Part shown: piece after piece, positions 56,061-64,000 of the stretch | Layout: each line of letters begins with the position of its first letter | Numbering within the stretch: position 1 is the first letter of the stretch | Assembly: GCF_009914755.1 (NCBI RefSeq) | Contig: NC_060940.1 | Strand: one strand, 5' to 3' | Source of the DNA: the human T2T-CHM13v2.0 reference genome, Homo sapiens | DNA: 64,000 nt | Position numbers and translations under genes: made by a program | The notes under the pieces: generated by a model | What the model was told of the DNA's origin: nothing | The model's database searches: none | What the model saw: the letters and a program-made list of their open reading frames with translations, nothing else

Positions 56061-57557
56061 AAGACCTTAAGTTTCCCAATTACAAGCCTTCTATTATAAC
56101 GAATTTCAGGAACTTTGATGGCTTCATAGGGGTTACTGTACTGCCTGGATTCTCAGAGGAGAAAACTGAGGCTCAAGTAGTTTGTAACTTCAAGCATGTA
56201 ACCTAATGATACACAGAGAAAATGATACTTGCAGGGCCATTAGGGTAAACAGAAAAGGCCACTCACAGCTGAAGATGACAATCCCAGAGAGTCAAGTCTA
56301 GTCACCCCATCTCCCCATAGCCTGTTTCCATCACACAGGTTGGGTAGTTCTGCTGTTACAGTTGGGGCTTAGTTCACTGTTTTTCTCCACAGTCTACATA
56401 GTAGAAATGATTTTTGTGTTGTAGGGTGGTATTAAGTAATAATACCAGGATTTTAAATGTGCTACGGTGGTTTTTTATGAGATATTTAGAAGGCATATGT
56501 GCACTAACCTCTTTAAAATAGAAGCATAGGTTCATACCGGTTAAGAATTTACTAATGGCAGGTATTTTTCTTCCTGTGGAAGATGTCTTTGAGCTATGTA
56601 ACAAATAAGATTTGTAGCTCTGCACTAACAGAATGAAAAAAAAATGGCCTTCCACTTTCATGGGAAATAGTTAATAAAATGATTATTTTTAGGTAGATCA
56701 TGTAACAAAGTCACTATTTTTTCTTTCCTCCTATTGTGAAAGGAAAATGATTTCCATAGATTTATACATGTAAGTCTAGATTTATGTACTCAGGGAGGCT
56801 ATGAAGAATGCTAAGGAGACCCGTTTTGGCTTTAGGCAAGGATTATTTCTAACAAACGTAGATTTGTTGCTTTTAAATACTAATACATTTATTAAATTTG
56901 GTAGAAATTTATGTCTGATGAGACTGATCTACAGGACAAAGGAAACAGGAAGTAGATATGAAAAAAACATTAATGGCTATGAAATAATTTTTAAAGTGGT
57001 TAATCGGTACTTAGCCCTTTATTTTTAGAGAGTTTGTTTTTGCCCTTATAATTAAGATGAAAATAATGTATACTAGAAGGAACACTTGTTTGGGAGTCAC
57101 ATTGGGTTTTAAATTTCACCTCTGCCATTTACTAGACGTTCGAGCATGAATAGCTTTCTGAACTGCATTTGCCTCATCTGTAAAATGGGAATAATATTTC
57201 AAATTTATGGACTCACAAAGAGAATAAAGAGATAACAGATACATTGCCTGGCATCTAGCTGATACTTGGTAAATTTTAATATCCACCATTGTGGTTTTGC
57301 AATATCCTAGCAACCTTTCAGTCCCTTGAAATTACATGCTAGCAGTTTCTCCAGCTAATTCAGGGTTCCTCCATACCCAGAAGTGATTTGCTTTTGCTTC
57401 CCATTAAAGTAGAACCCAGCCCAGCAAAGGTGAATCACAGTGCAGTGCAAGGAATAGGTCTTAAAACATGAGGATGGGATCTATCAACTTCATAAATTTG
57501 GCAGGCCAAAATTGGTCTTTTTTCTTTGACTTGTATTTATTTGTTTGCCATGCATAA

Positions 57558-57980
<423 letters not shown>

Positions 57981-59055
57981 TAATAAACTCATTAACATTT
58001 CATCAGATGTATTTGATGCAAATATTTCCCACATTGTGGACCATATCGTATATATGAAGTCATTCTGAGGATGAGATACGAGGCAAGAATATCTAAATTT
58101 TGCCTAATCCCAGGTGCCCCATTGGGAATACATACGCTGAAGATGCAAATACATGTTCAGAAGGAGGAAAGCACAATTAAATCACATTTGTACTATTAGC
58201 TTGGACTTCAGTCCTAAACTCTAGTGTGTTGAATGCTTCTCTGTATTAGATTTAGTATCCTTAAACTAAAACATATCTTTCCTTAGATTAGGGAAAGTCG
58301 AGGTGAGGAGGGTTGGGAAGGAACAGAATGGATCCCTTTAATTTGTTCTAAAGGACAGGTATTTTCCAGTTTCCCTTTTAAATTGGAATATACACATTTG
58401 AAAAAATACACATCAGTATTTTATCTATTTTATCAAATTTATTTTTTATTCTTAAAGTTCTTGACTAATTGCTATGCTGAGAAAACATACCATTTTTCCA
58501 GATTTAGAAAATAGTTTGCCCATGTTTTGCAAAAGCTTTTAAAATCTCTAGCATTTTATAGTATTAATTGTTTAATTTAGCTGAAGTTTATTTTTATACT
58601 GTATATTTGGGACTTTTTTCCTAATTTAAAAAATCAACTAACCATTCTGTATTTCTTAACTAATTTATATCTTCAGTGATTTAATGACAGTTTCTTTATT
58701 ATATAACTTTAGGGAATTAAAAACTCAGTGGGAACTAACTTCTACTTGAATGTTCAGGTATTATGTTTATGTTTTTTCTTATTTTTAAATTTTGAGTCAC
58801 AAATGGAAGCTGAAGCTCTCTAGAGATTGCTACAGTGTCTTCCAGAACTGTTTTCCAGACTTACTCAGACATGAGAACCCCATGTGATACTTGTTTTTAA
58901 ATATATGGATTCTGATTAGTAAGTGTAAGGCTGAAGAATCTTTTGCTTCTAAACAGTTCTAATAAGCAAATTTGAAGAGAGCCATTCTGTACTTTTATGT
59001 TATGGAAGAGAGATTAATAGGCAATCTGAATTTTTTTCTTTTAAAAAGTGTGCCT

Positions 59056-59543
<488 letters not shown>

Positions 59544-61742
59544 TTAAAGTTTGCCAAGAGAAGTATTAAAATGCACTGTATATTTTATAGGTGTTTACTA
59601 AGTTATATTTTCTAGAGGTCAACTTAGCACTCCAGTCTCTTAAAGTGACATCATGTGTTAAAGCAGCGTTTTGTGTACTGTATTTCTGCCAGTGTTTTAG
59701 AAGATTTACAAAGTAGCCAATGTGAAAACTATTATACAAAGTTAAATAGTAGACTTTGACAGATAGGAATAATGTAAGGGCTTGAGGTATTAAGGCATGG
59801 AAATTGATGTTTTGGGGATTGGTAGATGATTGTTGGCTGGTCCACATTTAACTTCTTTCTGTTAAACTTGTAGATAGTCAAAGTGAAGTTCATTAAATAT
59901 TTTCTGAAATCAGTTTATTAAGGTGACATAAAGTATTTTAAACATTTAAAGAAGTATTAATTAAAATGGTATTACAAATTTAGAACTTGGTATATTTAGA
60001 ACTTTGGTTATATTGTCTGTTCTTGGGTTTTCATGTGAATATAAGACAATTGCTATTTTTTTTCAATTAAGAGGCTATTTTTTAAAACAGTTTTAGACTT
60101 ACAGAATGATATGTTTTTATATAAGAAATATCAAGAAAGCTTGTAGAATAGCAAAGCTTAGCAAAAATTAATTTATTTGTCTTATTGGTGCATTTCATTG
60201 TTTCACAAAGTGGGGGGTCCTGATTTGGAACACAGACTAGGAAAAGGTAGGGTGAATTCTTTGAATAGATAATTTTTCCATTCTTAAAAGTTTAACTTGT
60301 TCATTTTTGGACCAGTTAAAATTTTTTTTCCCATTTCTTTAAAACTGTGAAATAGATGGGTGGGGTCACAGTATGACCAAAAAAAAAAAAAAAAACCCTA
60401 AAAATAGAGCTCTTTACTAGATATCTATGTTTTATCCTAGCTAAATGTAACTCTTTTCCATTAAAATCTTTTTTGATATGGACCAGGGCAGTCTCAGGGC
60501 TAATTAGAGAACCTTCTCACATTAATGATCTCAGTGGCTGGTCTTGTCCTGCTCTCTCCATGCCAGCTGTAGGTGTTTTTTAGAGCAGAGATTTATTTAA
60601 AACTATTGATGCATTCAGCAGCATACTAACCAGTGACCATCATTCTTACTTACTCTTCCTCTTGATCATTCTTTCTCTTTTCTTTACTGGTTCTTCATTA
60701 TTGCACCTCTTGAATATTGATATTCCACAGTGTTTAATCCTCAGTATTGTTCTATCTTGTTTTGCATAGATCCAGTCACTTTGTGTATGCTTGGCAATTC
60801 CTGGATTATTCATTCAACCAGCATTTGCTTTGCTTGGTTCAGGAAATGCTAGTGATAAAGTGAAGGAGAAATAAGAAACCAGCACTTACAGAGCACATTG
60901 ACTGCATTGTAAGGGATTTGTAAGAGTTTCATCAGAATAGAGGAGGGCAATCTGGTTGTCATAACATAACATGCTTCTAAGATACGCCCAGTCTGGGGGT
61001 GGGGGAAATTAGATGTTTTCTAGGCAAAAACGACAAAAATATTTGCAAGAAAGGTATCAAGGCATTTTGAGCAAAAGAAATAGCGTGAAAGAACGTGATA
61101 CGTTTTGGGGAATTGCAAGTATTTGGTGTGGTAGAAGAGAATGCAGTGAGTGTGGACATAGCAGGATATGAATCTGGAAAAAGGTAGAGAGGGGCCATGC
61201 CAAGGAGTTTAGAAAGGAGTTCCAAAAGTGGTTTTATGATACAGATAACTTGGGGCAGGTAGATGATAGATTTCGGGATGCGTGAAAGTGGGTGGGGCAG
61301 GGATCAAGACTTGAGCCAGGCCTGCAGTCCCATTAGGAGGTTTTTGTGAGAGTAAATTGTTGAGGGCCTAAATCAAAGAAGTGGCGTTGGAGACACAGGA
61401 TGCATTTGAATTTGAGGTATTCTGTTGGGCCTGTTGACTGACTAGATACAGGGGAGTAGGGAGAAATTGAGGAAGAAATTCCTGCTTGAGTAACTACATA
61501 GATAGTTAAGCCATTACCTAAAATGAAGTTTCTCTCCCGTCACTCTGGCAGTTATGACTTATTCTTGCCTTTACTTCCCTCCTTCTATCTGCTGCTTAAA
61601 CCCATTCTTAGGTTTTGTCATTTCTTCCTCTACAACTCTTTTCTCACCTGTATGTTGAATCTTAAATCCATATTTTTAATCCAAACTTTTTTGAACTCCA
61701 GAACCATATATTCAGTTGCATCCCGTGTGTGCATATTCTGTA

Positions 61743-62222
61743 GCAATGGTTCTCGAAGTTTACCTGAGGACAGGATCCCTAGGAGGCTCCTCAAAACTCT
61801 TTCATGAGATCCATGAGGTCAAATCAATTTTCATAATAACAGGAAGACTTTATTTGCCTGTTTCACTTTTATTATGAGTATATAGTGGAGTTTTCCAGAG
61901 GTGACACAGTGTGGGATACCACAACAAATTGGATGCAGGCGCATATGTGATAATCCACCTACCTTCTGTTAAGCCAGATGTTAGAGAGACTTACAGAAAT
62001 GTTAAACAGTGCCATGCTTCTCACTAATTTTGTTATGGAAAATAGAACAATTTTTTTTAAATGTATGTATGTTCGTATGTAATAAATTTATTTTTAACTC
62101 ACTTAAAATATTTGTTTAAACTTTTATTATGGTAAATGTATATACAACACACATAAACGAAACCTTTTGGAGTTCTCAGTGTTTCAGAGTATAAAGGACC
62201 TTGAGACCAAAACATTCGAGAT
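61743..62222. mobile_element. hAT-Charlie-type DNA transposon remnant
   Basis: 'caatggttctc' start; 'gaggtcaaatcaattttcataataa' and 'ttctgttaagccagatgttagagagac' resemble Charlie4-like sequence. Confidence 0.55.
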
Positions 62223-62426
62223 GTGAGTCAGCAGAGGCAGTGTGGTTAAGTGCCTTGCCCATGGTCATATAGCTAGTAAGTTGCAGAGCTGAGATTTGAA
62301 TCCATCCAGTCTTTTGAACCTATACTTCTTGTCCTGGGACAGTTTAGGTAAGATTAATATTACATGTTTCTTGAGGATACACACCCATCCACACACGCCC
62401 CCTGTAAAGTTATCTGAGCCTGGTGC

Positions 62427-62573
62427 ATGTTATGTTATGTTATGTTATGTTATGTTATGTTATGTTATGTTATGTTATGTTATGTTATGTTATGTTATGT
62501 TTTATGTTATGTTATGTTATGTTATGTTGTTATGTTATGTTATGTTATGTTATGTTATGTTATGTTATGTTAT
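62427..62573 (+). repeat. (ATGTT)n pentanucleotide repeat, ~29 units with two interruptions
   Basis: Direct reading; adjoins a degraded antisense Alu monomer at ~62574-62680. Confidence 0.95.
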
Positions 62574-62808
62574 TCAGGAGTTGGGGCCTTACCATATTGC
62601 CCATGCCTGACTTGAACTTTTTGGCTCAAGCGATCCTCCTGCCTCAGGACTACAGACATCTGCTGCTGTGCCTGGCTTTTTTGTTTTTGTATTCCTGGTG
62701 TGTTTTGGAGGGATAAATCTTGGGAGACCCTTTCAGAGTTTCTGCTGTTATACTATAGGACCTTCTATTCCTCTGTGAGCCTATTTTGGTAAATTATATT
62801 TGATAAAG

Positions 62809-63034
62809 CAGAGTTTGGAAAACTACAGTCTGCAAGTGAAATCTGGCCCACTGCCTGTTTTTGCATATGCAGTGTTACGAAATATAGTCACATCCATTTG
62901 TTTGCATTTACCTGTTGTCTATGACTGCTCTGGTGCTACACTGGCAGAGTTGAGTAGTTGTCACAGATTCTGTGGTCTGCAAAGCCCAAAATATTTACTC
63001 TCTCATCTTTACAGAAAGAACTTGCCAACCCCTG
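62809..63034 (+). mobile_element. MER58A-like hAT MITE
   Basis: CAGAGTTTGGAAAAC…TTGCCAACCCCTG termini; 'aaatctggcccactgcctgtttttg'. Confidence 0.82.
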
Positions 63035-63294
63035 TTGTATAACATAGTTCAATTTAGTTGGGTTTTGTTTTACTGGGATAGATTGTACATAGTATTTTCT
63101 TGTCTTTTGGTAATCTCCACGTTTGAATTTGTGTCTTTTTCATTCCCAGTGCTATTTATATCTCTTGTTTTTATTCCCATTGTTTGGGATGACCAAAATT
63201 TAGCCTGACTTATTGGTAACAGTGTTATGTTGGTGCTCCATCTTTTACTGTGCTCTCCAATAATTTAAATGCGATTAGATTTAGAGATACGTGT

Positions 63295-63765
<471 letters not shown>

Positions 63766-64000
63766 TCATCAGGGAAATTATCTGATCCTGATGGACACTT
63801 TCATAAATTTGTCTTATTTCTTCTATGTAAACTAGCTAATCTGTTTAGATTTCCTGCCTCTTCTATAGTCAGTGTTAAATTACTCCCTCCTCCAGCTTTT
63901 CAAACTATTTATAGATTTGAACATAAATATATTAATTGCCGAAGGTTATTTTTTTCCATTTTCATTTTTTTAATAAAGTTTTAACTATTCTTTTTCATAG

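Noticed and set aside
62296-62716. ORFs with (CYVML)n repeats; regular array superficially CRISPR-like
   Set aside because: Translation of the ATGTT microsatellite; no spacers or cas genes, and the DNA is human-type.
63950-64000. Pyrimidine tract ending in AG at the window edge, plus AATAAA
   Set aside because: No downstream sequence to test as an acceptor; such motifs are common in AT-rich introns.

Overview
Human-type (primate) genomic DNA containing the 5' end of TNRC6A (GW182/TNGW1, the Argonaute-binding scaffold of miRNA silencing) on the + strand. A CpG-island promoter (~20.15-21.45 kb) with an interrupted CGG repeat precedes four small coding exons (20780-20784, 21191-21238, 41666-41753, 49280-49301). 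Spliced through GT-AG introns these read [54 protein letters not shown] plus the first base of the next codon, which I recognise from memory as the N-terminus of the long TNGW1 isoform. The next exon lies beyond the window. The rest is interspersed-repeat-rich: very Alu-dense in the first 20 kb, with old L1, L2 and MIR fragments, DNA-transposon MITEs (MER20 x2, MER44, MER58, MER33, MADE1) and microsatellites. Almost all ORF-track entries are Alu or GC-content artefacts. I find no evidence of a new multi-gene system. The best candidate for something under-described is a layered expression-control architecture at the TNRC6A 5' end. It comprises a strong-context in-frame uORF one stop codon away from a weak-context main AUG, a CUG-started poly-Ala frame through the CGG repeat that ends on the main AUG (AUGA overlap), a poly(A)-track lysine exon with a GYNGYN tandem donor, a frameshifting 22-nt microexon and a candidate poison exon. 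Repeat family names and boundaries were assigned by eye and are approximate.
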